From a virus: 64,000 nucleotides of DNA. The translations under genes were made by a program, and so were the position numbers. A model generated the notes under the pieces. That model did not search any database, was not told the DNA's origin, and saw only the letters and a program-made list of their open reading frames with translations. Where the stretch lies: the IMG/VR virus record IMGVR_UViG_3300036860_000057, positions 14,574-78,573 of that record; one strand, 5' to 3'. Shown one piece after another: positions 36,583 to 47,045 of this stretch (positions are counted from its first letter, which is position 1; each line of letters starts with the position of its first letter).

Positions 36583-37203
36583 ATGACAGTTGGAGAAATG
36601 GCAATAAGTGGAGAGGTATCAGCACGGCTAATTAAAGGTCATGTGCAAGCCCCTCTATCGTGGAAAATTCGTAATTCGCTTCGTCCTTCATTTATTTCAG
36701 GTTTACTTGGTTATAAAGCAGCCCAGACACTCTCTAATCTGACAGGAATCCCTACTCTTGTAGCTGATCTCAGAGCAGTCAAGATTGATGGTAGGACTGG
36801 TCAGAGAATTGATTATGGCGTAGTTAGTAGAAAACTAGTAACTACAGCTTTTGTCAACTTCCTGGTGGATATGCTTCAGGTAGACACTACTGAGATTGGA
36901 GACTTCAAGTTTCATGACAGTGGTGTAGGAACAACTGCTGAGAATGCTGGTGATACAGGAATTGAGACAACTGATGGTGAGTCTCGTGCTACTGGTTCCC
37001 AGACAGAGGGTGCATCAGCTAATATTTACAAGTCAGTTGGAACGATTGCTTATACGACTACTAAAGCAATCACTGAGCATGGTGTGTTTAGTCAATCCAC
37101 TGGTGGAACGTTGATGGATCGTTCTGTGTTTACTGCTATCAATGTGGTCAACGGCGATCAAATTGAATTCACATATTCGCTGACTGCAAGTAGCGGTGGC
37201 TAA
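36583..37203 (+). CDS. Putative virion structural protein
   Basis: ITEHGVF...GTLMDRSVF..INV..GD motif seen in phage structural proteins. Confidence 0.6.
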   Translation: MTVGEMAISGEVSARLIKGHVQAPLSWKIRNSLRPSFISGLLGYKAAQTLSNLTGIPTLVADLRAVKIDGRTGQRIDYGVVSRKLVTTAFVNFLVDMLQVDTTEIGDFKFHDSGVGTTAENAGDTGIETTDGESRATGSQTEGASANIYKSVGTIAYTTTKAITEHGVFSQSTGGTLMDRSVFTAINVVNGDQIEFTYSLTASSGG

Positions 37204-37766
37204 GAGCCTCTCTTATTAAGTTGTTGCATTAAATCATAAGATGCTCTTTGTTTTTCAATATCTAAATTATATTCAGGAATAGGTAATAGTTCTTGATGTG
37301 TAATGGCAATTAGAGCCTGCCTCTTCTTTCGTATGAGATAAGGCTCTATTTGTTTTAACAGTGTAAGGGCAGCATCAGAGTTTATTTGTATTTGGTATCT
37401 GGTTGTGTGTTTTCTATTTGATGGCTCCCACACAACTATAGAACCAACACCAATTTGATCAAGAATCCATTGCATTACAAAAATATTATTATTTGTAAAT
37501 GCAACACGAATAGATATTTTGTTTCTGCTTTTATACATAAATATTGATCCATCAGCATCAATAAAGCCCGCAATGTAGGCCGATATAGTTGGAACTAATA
37601 CGTTGCACTGTGATCCAGATCGGTATCGGGCTTCTCCAGAACATTTCCTTGAGCAAAACACTTGCTCATAGTCTGGATAGAATCTACTTGTTTGTCCAGG
37701 AGGACATACATCAAACTCTTCTTTACAAGAAGGGCAGATTTTCTTAATTGGAATTGTCTTTGCCAT
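37200..37766 (-). CDS. LAGLIDADG homing endonuclease with N-terminal Zn finger
   Basis: YIAGFIDADGSI; CPSC...FCSRKC; PYLIRKKRQA. Confidence 0.85.
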   Translation of the reverse strand: MAKTIPIKKICPSCKEEFDVCPPGQTSRFYPDYEQVFCSRKCSGEARYRSGSQCNVLVPTISAYIAGFIDADGSIFMYKSRNKISIRVAFTNNNIFVMQWILDQIGVGSIVVWEPSNRKHTTRYQIQINSDAALTLLKQIEPYLIRKKRQALIAITHQELLPIPEYNLDIEKQRASYDLMQQLNKRGS

Positions 37767-37829
37767 GATTAATCTCCTTAATTATATTAATATTGTATTT
37801 ACTTACAATACAACATTTGGAGAATATCT

Positions 37830-39863
37830 GTGGCAATAACCTTCGTTAATGCTGGTGCTGAGGCTGCTGCTGGAAGTGGCAACATCACACTCAATGCGCC
37901 CGCCAGTCCTCAAACTAATGACATCTGGATAGCTGTGATTCACACGTCTGATCAGAATGCTATGACGATGGATGCTGCTTGGACACAGATATATCAAGGC
38001 AATGGTGGAAGCACTACTAGTAGATTAGCTGTATTTTGGTTCAGATATGCAGGAAGTAACCCAACACTTACTGTCACACACACAAGTGGACAAACTATTA
38101 TTGGTGGAATAGCCTCCTTCAGAGGATGTGTGACATCAGGAAGCCCGGTGGACACAACTGGTGCTGGTGGTTCTGGCACTGATGCTTCTATTGAACACAC
38201 TACCATTACTCCTACTCATGATAACTGTATGCTGGTTGCCTGTAATGGTGCGGCTGATGATAATAATCGTTCTACTCTTCCTACTGGTTTTACAGCAGGG
38301 TTTGAAGATTCTTCTGGTGGTACACAAAATTGCTATCAAGATGCCACTGGTAATCCTGATGGAAGTGTAGCATGTCACTGGAAAGTTCACACTACAGGAT
38401 CAGCAGGAACAGTTACAGATACAATGGCTGCTTCTGATCCTTGGGCCAGTGTTCTGACATCATTAAAGCCGTTTCTTGCTCAGTCAGTAGCAGGAACTCT
38501 TACTTCTTCTGGAGCAATAGCCAAGAAAGATAAGAAGACACTATCAGGAACACTAACATCTGCTGGTGCTATAGCTAAAAAAACACTCAATAATATACTT
38601 GCTGGAACACTTACCAGTTCAGGGATTATAACTAAGAAGGACAAGAAGGTATTGGCTGGAACTCTTACCTCTTCTGGAACAGCCTTTGAGAAAATAAAGA
38701 AGGTATTGGCTGGAACTTTAACTAGCTCAGGTTCTTTAGTAAGAAAGACTAAGAAGGTTCTTAGTGGTGTATTGTCTTCTGCTGGATCACTTGCTACTCA
38801 ATTTATTCCTGGTGGTAATTTATATACAAAATCTATAGAGGGAACTCTAACCTCTGCTGGAACACTTGTCAAGAAAACCAGCAAGCAATTGTCAGGCACT
38901 TTAACATCTGCTGGAACCTTATCTAAGAAGGCTCTTAAGTCATTAGCTGGTACATTATCTTCTTCTGGAACTTTGTTTGAGAAGATCAAGAAAACTCTTG
39001 CAGGCACTCTAACTTCATCTGGTTCAGTGTCAAAGAAAACACTCAAGTCATTTAGTGGCACACTTAATGAGTCAGGTGTTGTGTTTAAGAAATCTATCAA
39101 GTTCTTTGCAGGCACTCTAACCAGTTCTGGAACAGTATTTGAGAAGATCAAGAAGTCTTTGGGTGGAACCCTAACATCAACAGGTACTCTATCACGCAAG
39201 ACTCTCAAAGTTTTAAGCGGTATCTTAGCTACTGCTGGCGATCTCTCTACTCAGTTTATCTCTGGTTCTGGTGGATTCTTTACCAAATCAGTGAGTGGTG
39301 TCCTTACTACTTCTGGGACAATTTCTAAGAAGACATCTCACAAGTTATCTGGAACATTCACATCTTCTGGTGTTGTAATAAAGAAGAGCTATAAATCATT
39401 CTCTGGAGTGCTGACATCTTCTGGAAGTTTAATTCGTAAGACTAAGAAATCTCTGTCAGGAGTTATAACTAGCTCTGGTGCTCTGACTGTTAGAAGAATA
39501 TTTTCTAAGACACTATCTGGTACATTATCCTTTACTGGTAGTATTTCAAAGATTACTCATAAAAGATTATCTGGTGTATTATCTAGTACAGGAAATGTAA
39601 CAAAACTTACTCGATACTTCCTGTCAAGGGCCATTAGTTTTTCTGGGTCATTAATAGGATTTATTCCACCGGATATAGGGTTTGGTGTAGTAACTGTCCT
39701 TCAAAAGAGGACAACGAGCGTATCTGTATCACTGGATGAGTTCTATGAGATAGATGTGGAAGAAATCAGTGATCAGGTAGTGGCGGAAGATAATGAAATC
39801 TATGGAATATCTGTAGAACTGATTAATGTCTTTGAAGTTGAAATTGAAGAATACTCTATATAG
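37830..39863 (+). CDS. Putative virion fibre protein with ~19-aa tandem repeats
   Basis: About 20 copies of K..L(S/A)GTLTS(S/A)G...KK; acidic C-terminus. Confidence 0.65.
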   Translation: MAITFVNAGAEAAAGSGNITLNAPASPQTNDIWIAVIHTSDQNAMTMDAAWTQIYQGNGGSTTSRLAVFWFRYAGSNPTLTVTHTSGQTIIGGIASFRGCVTSGSPVDTTGAGGSGTDASIEHTTITPTHDNCMLVACNGAADDNNRSTLPTGFTAGFEDSSGGTQNCYQDATGNPDGSVACHWKVHTTGSAGTVTDTMAASDPWASVLTSLKPFLAQSVAGTLTSSGAIAKKDKKTLSGTLTSAGAIAKKTLNNILAGTLTSSGIITKKDKKVLAGTLTSSGTAFEKIKKVLAGTLTSSGSLVRKTKKVLSGVLSSAGSLATQFIPGGNLYTKSIEGTLTSAGTLVKKTSKQLSGTLTSAGTLSKKALKSLAGTLSSSGTLFEKIKKTLAGTLTSSGSVSKKTLKSFSGTLNESGVVFKKSIKFFAGTLTSSGTVFEKIKKSLGGTLTSTGTLSRKTLKVLSGILATAGDLSTQFISGSGGFFTKSVSGVLTTSGTISKKTSHKLSGTFTSSGVVIKKSYKSFSGVLTSSGSLIRKTKKSLSGVITSSGALTVRRIFSKTLSGTLSFTGSISKITHKRLSGVLSSTGNVTKLTRYFLSRAISFSGSLIGFIPPDIGFGVVTVLQKRTTSVSVSLDEFYEIDVEEISDQVVAEDNEIYGISVELINVFEVEIEEYSI

Positions 39864-39871
39864 GAAATAGA

Positions 39872-40168
39872 ATGGCTGCTAATACATATGTTATTGATAG
39901 TTCGTTTAAGTTGGAGGCTGAGTTTACTAATGAGAGTGGAGTAGCTGATCCAACTACAGTGATATTCAAGATCAAGAAACCAGATGGAACAATCACTACT
40001 TATACTTATGGAGTAGATGCTGAAGTGATTCGAGAAAGTCTGGGGGTGTATTATATGATCGTAACAGTAGATACCCCTGGCAACTGGTGGTATAAAATAA
40101 TGGGAACAGAAGCATTGATAGCTGCCACAGAAGGATCATTTGTAGGATTACAATCCAAATTCGATTAA
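39872..40168 (+). CDS. Small Ig-like structural protein
   Basis: DPT...KKPDG...GVY...G.WWY pattern. Confidence 0.55.
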   Translation: MAANTYVIDSSFKLEAEFTNESGVADPTTVIFKIKKPDGTITTYTYGVDAEVIRESLGVYYMIVTVDTPGNWWYKIMGTEALIAATEGSFVGLQSKFD

Positions 40169-40173
40169 ACAAC

Positions 40174-40202
40174 AAGGCTCTGAAAAGAGCCTCTTGCTTT
40201 TA
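40174..40202 (+). terminator. Probable terminator
   Basis: AGGCTC-tgaaaa-GAGCCT then CTTGCTTTT. Confidence 0.5.
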
Positions 40203-40247
40203 TAGAAGAGAAGGTGTAAAATATTGTTAAAAGATTGAGAGAGTTAT

Positions 40248-41225
40248 ATGCAGTTAAAAGGCAGAATTTTTATTACAGGTGGTTCTGGATCACTTGGAAC
40301 CGCCATTCTGGAACGTGCTGAAAGAGAAAAGTGGGATGCAGAGTTTACCATCTTAGCTCGTAATGAGACTAAGATGTCACAAACATTAAAGAGATTTCCT
40401 GGTGTAAGGGGTGAGATTGGTGACATTAGGGATTTGGCATGGTTGGGTACAATTTTCCCAGGACACGATCTAGTTATACACACTGCTGCTATTAAACAAG
40501 TACCTACAGCAGAGGTAAATGTCAGAGAAGCATTTCTGACAAATGTACAAGGGTCACAAAATGTGGCAATGGCGGCAGTAGAGTCTGGTGTTGGAAAAGT
40601 TATAGGAATTTCAACAGACAAAGCCTGCCAGCCCACAACCATTTATGGCTGTACAAAATATTTAATGGAAGGACTATTTAGAGAAGCCAATAAATGGGCT
40701 GACAATACTAGATTTAATTTGGTGCGATATGGAAATGTACTAAGATCAAACGCCAGTGTAGTCCCCCTGTTTGAAAGACTCATCTCTGAAGACAAGCCAT
40801 TTACTATAACTGATCTAAGGATGACACGTTTCTGGCTTAGTATGAACGAAGCTATTGATTTGATTATTACGTCTGTATTGTGGCCTGATTGGGGAATTAC
40901 TTTAGTTCCTAAGCCCCCAGCACTATCAATGATAGACTTAGCTCGCTATATGGATGGAAGTAGAAAAATTATTGAGGTTGGTATAAGACCAGGAGAAAAG
41001 GTACACGAACAACTGATAAATTCGAGTGAGTCATTACATACTATTGATACAGGAGATTTATTTGTGGTATTCCCTCCTACTGTAGAAGTTAATAGCAATC
41101 TTCCTCTTGGTTATGAATATGTGAGTAATGATCCATCTTATTATTTAAGTAAAGAGAAATTATATAAAATGCTTGATGAATATAATCCATATGGTGGAAA
41201 ACAATGGTTGCTGTCAGAAATTTAA
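40248..41225 (+). CDS. NDP-sugar 4,6-dehydratase (PseB/CapD-like)
   Basis: ITGGSGSLG, HTAAIKQVP, ISTDKA, YGCTK, VRYGNV, MTRF, GIRPGEK. Confidence 0.9.
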   Translation: MQLKGRIFITGGSGSLGTAILERAEREKWDAEFTILARNETKMSQTLKRFPGVRGEIGDIRDLAWLGTIFPGHDLVIHTAAIKQVPTAEVNVREAFLTNVQGSQNVAMAAVESGVGKVIGISTDKACQPTTIYGCTKYLMEGLFREANKWADNTRFNLVRYGNVLRSNASVVPLFERLISEDKPFTITDLRMTRFWLSMNEAIDLIITSVLWPDWGITLVPKPPALSMIDLARYMDGSRKIIEVGIRPGEKVHEQLINSSESLHTIDTGDLFVVFPPTVEVNSNLPLGYEYVSNDPSYYLSKEKLYKMLDEYNPYGGKQWLLSEI

Positions 41226-41815
41226 TTGGGAAGAGAGGGAATCAAGTGTACTTCTCAGAAATCCTCAACTCAAGTAATCAGTATGCCTACACAGAAGAAC
41301 TGGACTGGATTCGTGATTTTGCATCAGAAGTTGATATGAGTCCATCTGCACCAATCTACAATTATGTAATGTTAGGTGCTGGGCCTGGAGTGTTTGCTGT
41401 AGCACTTGCAGAAGGGAATAAACTTATTCCAATTGAGATTGTTGATAACAATACAACTCACTGGGTTCAGCAACATCTAATGGCATTAAATTCATTCAAT
41501 GAGATTCTTTATGTTATTAGTGATAGTGCTGTAAGGGGAAAGTCTTATCGTGGAAGACCTATAGACCTTCTAATTGTGGACGCCGCTCATGATGAAGTAA
41601 GTGTTACTAAGGATATTCAGGCATGGACTCCTCACGTAAGAATAGGCGGTCATATATTTTTCCATGATTACCTAGAAAGAGAAGGTGGATTTAATGGACT
41701 AGGAAAATGGGAGCCTTATGGTGTTGCTCGTGCAGTATGGAAAAATCTAAATTTAGATTATTGGAAGTGGGTAGACGATGTAGGAATTAGTAGAATTTAT
41801 AGAAAGGTCAAGTAG
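41204..41815 (+). CDS. Class I SAM methyltransferase (Methyltransf_24-like)
   Basis: LGAGPG, IDLLIVDAAH, GGHIFFHDY. Confidence 0.8.
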   Translation: MVAVRNLIGKRGNQVYFSEILNSSNQYAYTEELDWIRDFASEVDMSPSAPIYNYVMLGAGPGVFAVALAEGNKLIPIEIVDNNTTHWVQQHLMALNSFNEILYVISDSAVRGKSYRGRPIDLLIVDAAHDEVSVTKDIQAWTPHVRIGGHIFFHDYLEREGGFNGLGKWEPYGVARAVWKNLNLDYWKWVDDVGISRIYRKVK

Positions 41816-42504
41816 TGGAAGGATTTCCTCCTGTTTATATTTTATTAACTACCTATAAGCGTACTGACACAGCACTCAGAACTATTCGTAACATTAAAGA
41901 GAAACTAGTCTATCCTAACTACGGATGGTATATCTCAGATGATGGAAGTAGTGATGAGCATGTTGGTTCTGTGATGGAAGAGATAGGAACAGACTACCAT
42001 CGCTATTTCTATAATTCTAACCGAAAAGGTGTTGGACACGGAATGAACTACTGCCTTCAACACTTGTGGAGCATGGGGATAGAACTGGTAGTTTCAATGG
42101 AAGATGACTGGGAACTCAACAACCCACTTGATCTTGTTCCTTATGTAAAGACATTAATAGATCATCCTGAGAATGGTCTTATTCGTTTTGGATATTTGGC
42201 TGAAGGATTACTCGCTGAAAATGTGTTCCAAGAAGGACTGATGTATTGGAATCTAAAGAATAATGGATTTACCTATCGCTATGCTGGACATCCTCATTTG
42301 AAGCACAAGCGTTTTCATGACATATATGGATACTATGATGAGGGTTGGCCTGCTGGGGTTACAGAGCTTTCTATGTGTGGGAAAACCAACTTGAAGCAAG
42401 AGGGACCAAATCTCCTTTATCCTGCTGACTGCAAAGCCAATGGACTTTTCTCACATATTGGCACAGTGAGTCTAAAAGATATTAAACCGGGAGAATACGA
42501 ATGA
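41815..42504 (+). CDS. GT2 glycosyltransferase
   Basis: TTYKR, SDDGS, MEDDW. Confidence 0.8.
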   Translation: MEGFPPVYILLTTYKRTDTALRTIRNIKEKLVYPNYGWYISDDGSSDEHVGSVMEEIGTDYHRYFYNSNRKGVGHGMNYCLQHLWSMGIELVVSMEDDWELNNPLDLVPYVKTLIDHPENGLIRFGYLAEGLLAENVFQEGLMYWNLKNNGFTYRYAGHPHLKHKRFHDIYGYYDEGWPAGVTELSMCGKTNLKQEGPNLLYPADCKANGLFSHIGTVSLKDIKPGEYE

Positions 42505-43322
42505 TTCTTGTCCTAGGCCAAGGACTCTTAGGTTCGTGGATATGTGCTCGTTATCCTAAAGATACAATAGGATTATCTCACAGAGAGCTAGATGTAACAG
42601 ACGAATTTTCTATTGAAAATGTTTTATATTATCACCATCCAGACGCGGTGATTAATGCTACGGGGATTGTGAAGAGTCGTACATCTGATGAAAAATTGAT
42701 GAACTCAATTAATGGAGTAGCACCTAATCATATTGCATCTGTGTGTGATGTTCTAGGAATTAGAATGATCCAAGCTTCCACTGATTGTGTATTTAGTGGA
42801 AACAGAGGAAACTATACTGAAGTAGATGCTCCTGATTGTACAGATATTTATGGACAATCTAAGTTAAAAGGTGAAGTAACTAACTCACCACACCTTACTG
42901 TGAGAACATCTTTCATAGGCTGGCCTGATACAAGTGGCAGAGGATTGTTAGCGAATTTTATACTAAGTCCAAAAACTAATTATCCAGGCTACAGGAACTC
43001 CTATTGGAATGGGTTTACTGTGCCTGTGCTGGCGGATTATTTGATTGAACTAGCATATGGTAGACAAACGGGATTGATGCACTTGTATGGACAGAAAGTA
43101 TCTAAATATGAGGTACTGAATGCGTTCTACAGAGAATTTGAACTTTATAAACTAGGTTACAGAATTATTCCCACAAATTTAGAGAAAGGCTATGATCGAT
43201 CACTGTCATCTGTTCGACACGATCATCCTATTATTGTAGGTGGAACTAATCTTGAAGAAGGGATGGGGTTAATGAAATCATGGGAGAAGAAATACCAGGA
43301 GTATCTGTCGTTGTTCCTGTAG
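42501..43322 (+). CDS. RmlD-like NDP-4-keto-6-deoxysugar reductase
   Basis: STDCVFSG, YGQSKLKGE, RTSFIG. Confidence 0.85.
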   Translation: MILVLGQGLLGSWICARYPKDTIGLSHRELDVTDEFSIENVLYYHHPDAVINATGIVKSRTSDEKLMNSINGVAPNHIASVCDVLGIRMIQASTDCVFSGNRGNYTEVDAPDCTDIYGQSKLKGEVTNSPHLTVRTSFIGWPDTSGRGLLANFILSPKTNYPGYRNSYWNGFTVPVLADYLIELAYGRQTGLMHLYGQKVSKYEVLNAFYREFELYKLGYRIIPTNLEKGYDRSLSSVRHDHPIIVGGTNLEEGMGLMKSWEKKYQEYLSLFL

Positions 43323-43981
43323 GACCACAGAAAGAATATCTTAATTATCTAAAAGAATGTGTTTATAGTATATCTGACCAAATGTTTCCACAAGATGAAA
43401 TTGTTCTTGTTGATGATATGGCTAACCTTAATGAACATGTAGATATGTGGAGTGCTAGGTCAAAAGGGACAATTAGATATACTAGGAACGACTGGCTCCT
43501 AGGATGCGCGGATAGTTGGAATCGTGGTGTGGCACTTGCTAAGAATGATTTAGTATTGTTGATGGGAAGTGATGATGTTCTGCTCCCCGACGCTTTAGAT
43601 GCACTGAGAGAAGCATATGTAGAGAATAATGGCAACGCAGCATGGTATAATCTGACTATCCAAATAGATGAAGGACCAGATACAGGCACTCATACTGTGT
43701 TCAATAATGCAGCAGCAGTGACCAAAGAACTATGGAAACTAACAGGTGGGTTTCCTCCCAGTGCTTTTGCTGCTCCAGATGCACTATTGATTTCTATTAT
43801 GATGGTGCATATGTCTGATAGACTAATTCAAGTGAAGGAAGGAGCACCTCTGTATTGGTGTAGAGTGCATGATGCACAGGACACACAGAGAATGGCAGGC
43901 CCTTTCAATTGGGAAGTTATTCAAATTAGAAATGTAGAAACTGCCAGATGGAAGGAACCAACATGGACTGGCCTAACGTAG
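43280..43981 (+). CDS. GT2 glycosyltransferase
   Basis: SVVVPV, VLVDD, WNRG, GSDD, GGF. Confidence 0.8.
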   Translation: MGEEIPGVSVVVPVGPQKEYLNYLKECVYSISDQMFPQDEIVLVDDMANLNEHVDMWSARSKGTIRYTRNDWLLGCADSWNRGVALAKNDLVLLMGSDDVLLPDALDALREAYVENNGNAAWYNLTIQIDEGPDTGTHTVFNNAAAVTKELWKLTGGFPPSAFAAPDALLISIMMVHMSDRLIQVKEGAPLYWCRVHDAQDTQRMAGPFNWEVIQIRNVETARWKEPTWTGLT

Positions 43982-44685
43982 TGGTGATCATGACAACCTA
44001 TTTTCCAGATGGAGAAGAGGGCAAACAGCGTTTACTTCATGCAACAATTCCCACATTTAACTCTTGGGAAGCGCACTTAAAATATTCAGCATATCCCGGA
44101 GGTGAAGGGATTCACGTGGTACAGGCTGATGATGGCACTAGTAAAGAAAACTATGTGACCTTTGGGTGGTTTAGAGGATATTTATGTACAAGCACTCTTC
44201 AAAAAAGAAAAGGTGTGGGCGCATCATTAAATTCTGGATTTAGGCGTGCTTATGAAGTATTTGGTCCAGATACAATCGTCCTTTATGCAGTCGATGACTG
44301 GGCACTAACACAAGATTTTGACATCTCTCCTTGGGTGCAGTTATTACTTGAGCGAGAAGAAGTAGGAATGGTACGTCTAGGGCCTCCCCATCCCAATACA
44401 TCTGGTGTTGTACAAGCATATACTGAGAATTGGCAAGGATGGGGGCTACATTTATATAGAACAGATTATGCTTTTGGACATCGACCAGCACTTTACCATA
44501 AACGTATGATTGACTACTATGGATGGTTTAAGGAAGATTGCAGTGCTTTGGAGTGTGAGAAAGATTATTCTGACAGATTTGTTGAGAAGGCTTTAGGACC
44601 AAATATTGTTCTGGCACTTCCTCATCCTTGGCAACATCTCGAAAGCATTGAGCTAGCATACATTGATCCCAAAGATGAAAACTAA
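43948..44685 (+). CDS. GT2 glycosyltransferase, paralogue of 41815..42504
   Basis: MTTY, ADDGT, KGVG, VDDW, YGWF. Confidence 0.8.
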   Translation: MEGTNMDWPNVVVIMTTYFPDGEEGKQRLLHATIPTFNSWEAHLKYSAYPGGEGIHVVQADDGTSKENYVTFGWFRGYLCTSTLQKRKGVGASLNSGFRRAYEVFGPDTIVLYAVDDWALTQDFDISPWVQLLLEREEVGMVRLGPPHPNTSGVVQAYTENWQGWGLHLYRTDYAFGHRPALYHKRMIDYYGWFKEDCSALECEKDYSDRFVEKALGPNIVLALPHPWQHLESIELAYIDPKDEN

Positions 44686-44769
44686 AATTACTTTATTATG
44701 TGTTCTATTGACAGTTGCAGCATTGTTTGTTAAGATATATAGACCTCGTGTATATTTGGAGTTGGGATA

Positions 44770-45459
44770 GTGACACTTAGATTAAAATGGCCTGTAGACA
44801 GCAGCATCATCACACAACCTTTTGGAGCCAACCCACAGTATTATGGCCCACTACTAGGGAAGCTGGGCTGTGGGCATGAAGGAATTGATTTTCGTGCTGG
44901 ACTTGGTGCGAATGTGTATGCTTGCGCTGATGGAGAGGTGTATGCAGTTTATTATGGTGGGGCATATGGCAACCAAGTCAGACTGTTACACACAGATGGC
45001 TATAGAACTATTTATGCACATCTTCAACAGTCTAAGGTTAGAATTGGGGATAGGGTTTTAGCAGGGCAACTGATTGGCTTAGCTGATTCTACAGGCAACT
45101 CTACTGGAAGTCATTTGCACGTAACATTGAAGAAAGATGGAGCTACTCTCAGAGGAGAGACTAAATATCCTAATGATATTATTGATATTACTCCATTCCT
45201 AACATTTCCTTTAGCAAATCTGCCTGCTATTATTCCTCCTGCTACAATGAGGTTGAGAACTAAAGCTAATTTGAATCTTCGAGCAGGCCCAGGGCTAAGC
45301 TATCAGATTCTAGCACTATTGAAGTTCACTGCTGTTATAGAGTGCCTCGATCCTGTAGAGACAACTAGAGAGAAAATTGGCAGAGCTACTCAATGGATAC
45401 ATGTAAGACTTGGGATGTTGTCTGGATGGGTGAATGCGTTATATGTTGAAGAAATCTAG
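44770..45459 (+). CDS. M23 peptidase with SH3b domain (endolysin-like)
   Basis: HEGID, YAHL, STGSHLH; LNLRAGPG...GWV. Confidence 0.85.
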   Translation: MTLRLKWPVDSSIITQPFGANPQYYGPLLGKLGCGHEGIDFRAGLGANVYACADGEVYAVYYGGAYGNQVRLLHTDGYRTIYAHLQQSKVRIGDRVLAGQLIGLADSTGNSTGSHLHVTLKKDGATLRGETKYPNDIIDITPFLTFPLANLPAIIPPATMRLRTKANLNLRAGPGLSYQILALLKFTAVIECLDPVETTREKIGRATQWIHVRLGMLSGWVNALYVEEI

Positions 45460-45712
45460 TTTAGGCAGCCCACGCACATATATTATATTTTCTCATAGTG
45501 AGACTCCAGGGACTTATTATGAAGAGATAAGCGGTTTAGAATCTAAATTTAAGTTCTTCTGCCCAGTATGTGGATTATATTGGTACACTGATTCTTATCT
45601 CCCTATGATGGGAGATGAAATACCTCATGAAATTCCATTTATCTGTCACTATGGAAGAAATGGCTGTGGGTTTAGAAACTTGATTGTGTTCGTAAGACCA
45701 GAAAGGATATAA
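45434..45712 (+). CDS. Small Cys-rich hypothetical protein
   Basis: CPVC, CH....GC. Confidence 0.5.
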   Translation: MRYMLKKSSLGSPRTYIIFSHSETPGTYYEEISGLESKFKFFCPVCGLYWYTDSYLPMMGDEIPHEIPFICHYGRNGCGFRNLIVFVRPERI

Positions 45713-45713
45713 A

Positions 45714-45965
45714 ATGGAGTTTGAAATTTACTTGCCTCCTGCCTGTGCCTGTTGTGATGACAGAGGGGAAGAATATCTCTATGATAAACAACGAGGAATG
45801 GATGAAGTAATAGTCTGTCACATATGTAAAGGAAAGATTCTAGAAGTACAAAGACAAACAAATCAAAGTTGGATGCGTTGTATAGAAGCACTGAGAAATG
45901 GTGAATTAAGTGTAGCACAGGCTGTTAAATGGTTAGATAATCAATATTCAAAAAGGAGAAAATAA
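45714..45965 (+). CDS. Small Zn-finger protein
   Basis: CACC...CHICKG. Confidence 0.55.
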   Translation: MEFEIYLPPACACCDDRGEEYLYDKQRGMDEVIVCHICKGKILEVQRQTNQSWMRCIEALRNGELSVAQAVKWLDNQYSKRRK

Positions 45966-45966
45966 A

Positions 45967-46221
45967 ATGTCAGTAGTAGCGAAGTTCAAGTTGAATAGTT
46001 ATGAGACTTTTGTTCAAATTAAATATCCTAATGGAAATCCAGAAGAAGTTCGTAATATGAAGCTTTCAGTTGTTACATCTGGGAGTGAAGAAAATAAGAA
46101 GTTCTTTGCTTCAACTCCTTCAGGAAATATTCAGCTATCCACTGTTAGTCCTGAAGTCTGGGAAGAGTTCGAGTTGAATGAAGAATACTATGTCACATTT
46201 ACTAAGGTTGATAAAGAGTAA
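45967..46221 (+). CDS. Phage hypothetical protein
   Basis: AAGGAG RBS; AKF...EENKKFF..TPSG...YYVTF. Confidence 0.65.
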   Translation: MSVVAKFKLNSYETFVQIKYPNGNPEEVRNMKLSVVTSGSEENKKFFASTPSGNIQLSTVSPEVWEEFELNEEYYVTFTKVDKE

Positions 46222-46263
46222 ATTCTTACTTATGGTAATCCCGGTAGTAGAAAGTAAAGAGAG

Positions 46264-46500
46264 ATGAGCAGAGTGTATATTCCATGTCAACATAGCGAAT
46301 ATAGAGTTCTAAGAGATAAGAATAGATTCGATCCTGATGATGCTTTTATCATACTTGATCCAGAAGAAAAAGAAGAGACAAGAATAGTTGTGTTATGTAG
46401 AGCATGTTATGACTCTTTATCTTATAGTGTGCTAACTAGATTTAATAGAGATAGTCAGAAAACACAGCCCTATACAACAGTAAATAAAGTTGGAAAGTAA
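46264..46500 (+). CDS. Hypothetical protein
   Basis: CQH...CRAC. Confidence 0.5.
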   Translation: MSRVYIPCQHSEYRVLRDKNRFDPDDAFIILDPEEKEETRIVVLCRACYDSLSYSVLTRFNRDSQKTQPYTTVNKVGK

Positions 46501-46506
46501 ATATAA

Positions 46507-46815
46507 ATGAAACTTGTTAAGAACCCAGAAAAGACTCAGCGCTGTTTCTTTACAGTAAAAGAGAGTGATACAGGAACAGGTCATTATTGGGAAGGCTGGT
46601 GTGAGGGAGATAAAGATTCAGATCGATTTGAGGATAATAAGCCTTTAGAACTTCTTCCAGAAAATTTTATTGGATCATCCATCATAGAAGTAGTACCAAC
46701 TTGTCCTGATTGTGGACTTGGTGTGATTTACAGAGATGGTGGGTGGTACTGTGAAGACTGCCTAGTTGTTGATCTTCACACATGGGAAGATGAAGGAGGA
46801 AGTAGTGGACTATAA
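46507..46815 (+). CDS. Zn-ribbon hypothetical protein
   Basis: CPDC...CEDC. Confidence 0.55.
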   Translation: MKLVKNPEKTQRCFFTVKESDTGTGHYWEGWCEGDKDSDRFEDNKPLELLPENFIGSSIIEVVPTCPDCGLGVIYRDGGWYCEDCLVVDLHTWEDEGGSSGL

Positions 46816-47044
46816 ATTATATCCTAAAGACGACGCATTACATAATGGGACATGGAATCTATATGAGCACGATGGACTATTTAGTGTTATGTTCAAGGAC
46901 ACATTCGGTCATATCGGATCACTAACAGATCATCAGATTTCAGAGGATGGTATTGTGAGTCCTTCAGTAGTATGTCCTAAAGATGGGTGCTCTTATCACG
47001 AGCACATACGCCTTGAGGGGTGGGTCCCTGTAAATAGGGGTTGA
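46766..47044 (+). CDS. Hypothetical metal-binding protein
   Basis: GH...VSPSVVCP..GC.YH; start likely GTG after AAGGAGG. Confidence 0.5.
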   Translation: MLIFTHGKMKEEVVDYKLYPKDDALHNGTWNLYEHDGLFSVMFKDTFGHIGSLTDHQISEDGIVSPSVVCPKDGCSYHEHIRLEGWVPVNRG

Positions 47045-47045
47045 T

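Noticed and set aside
38480-39640. CRISPR array
   Set aside because: The ~57-bp periodicity is a coding repeat with synonymous variation and no unique spacers
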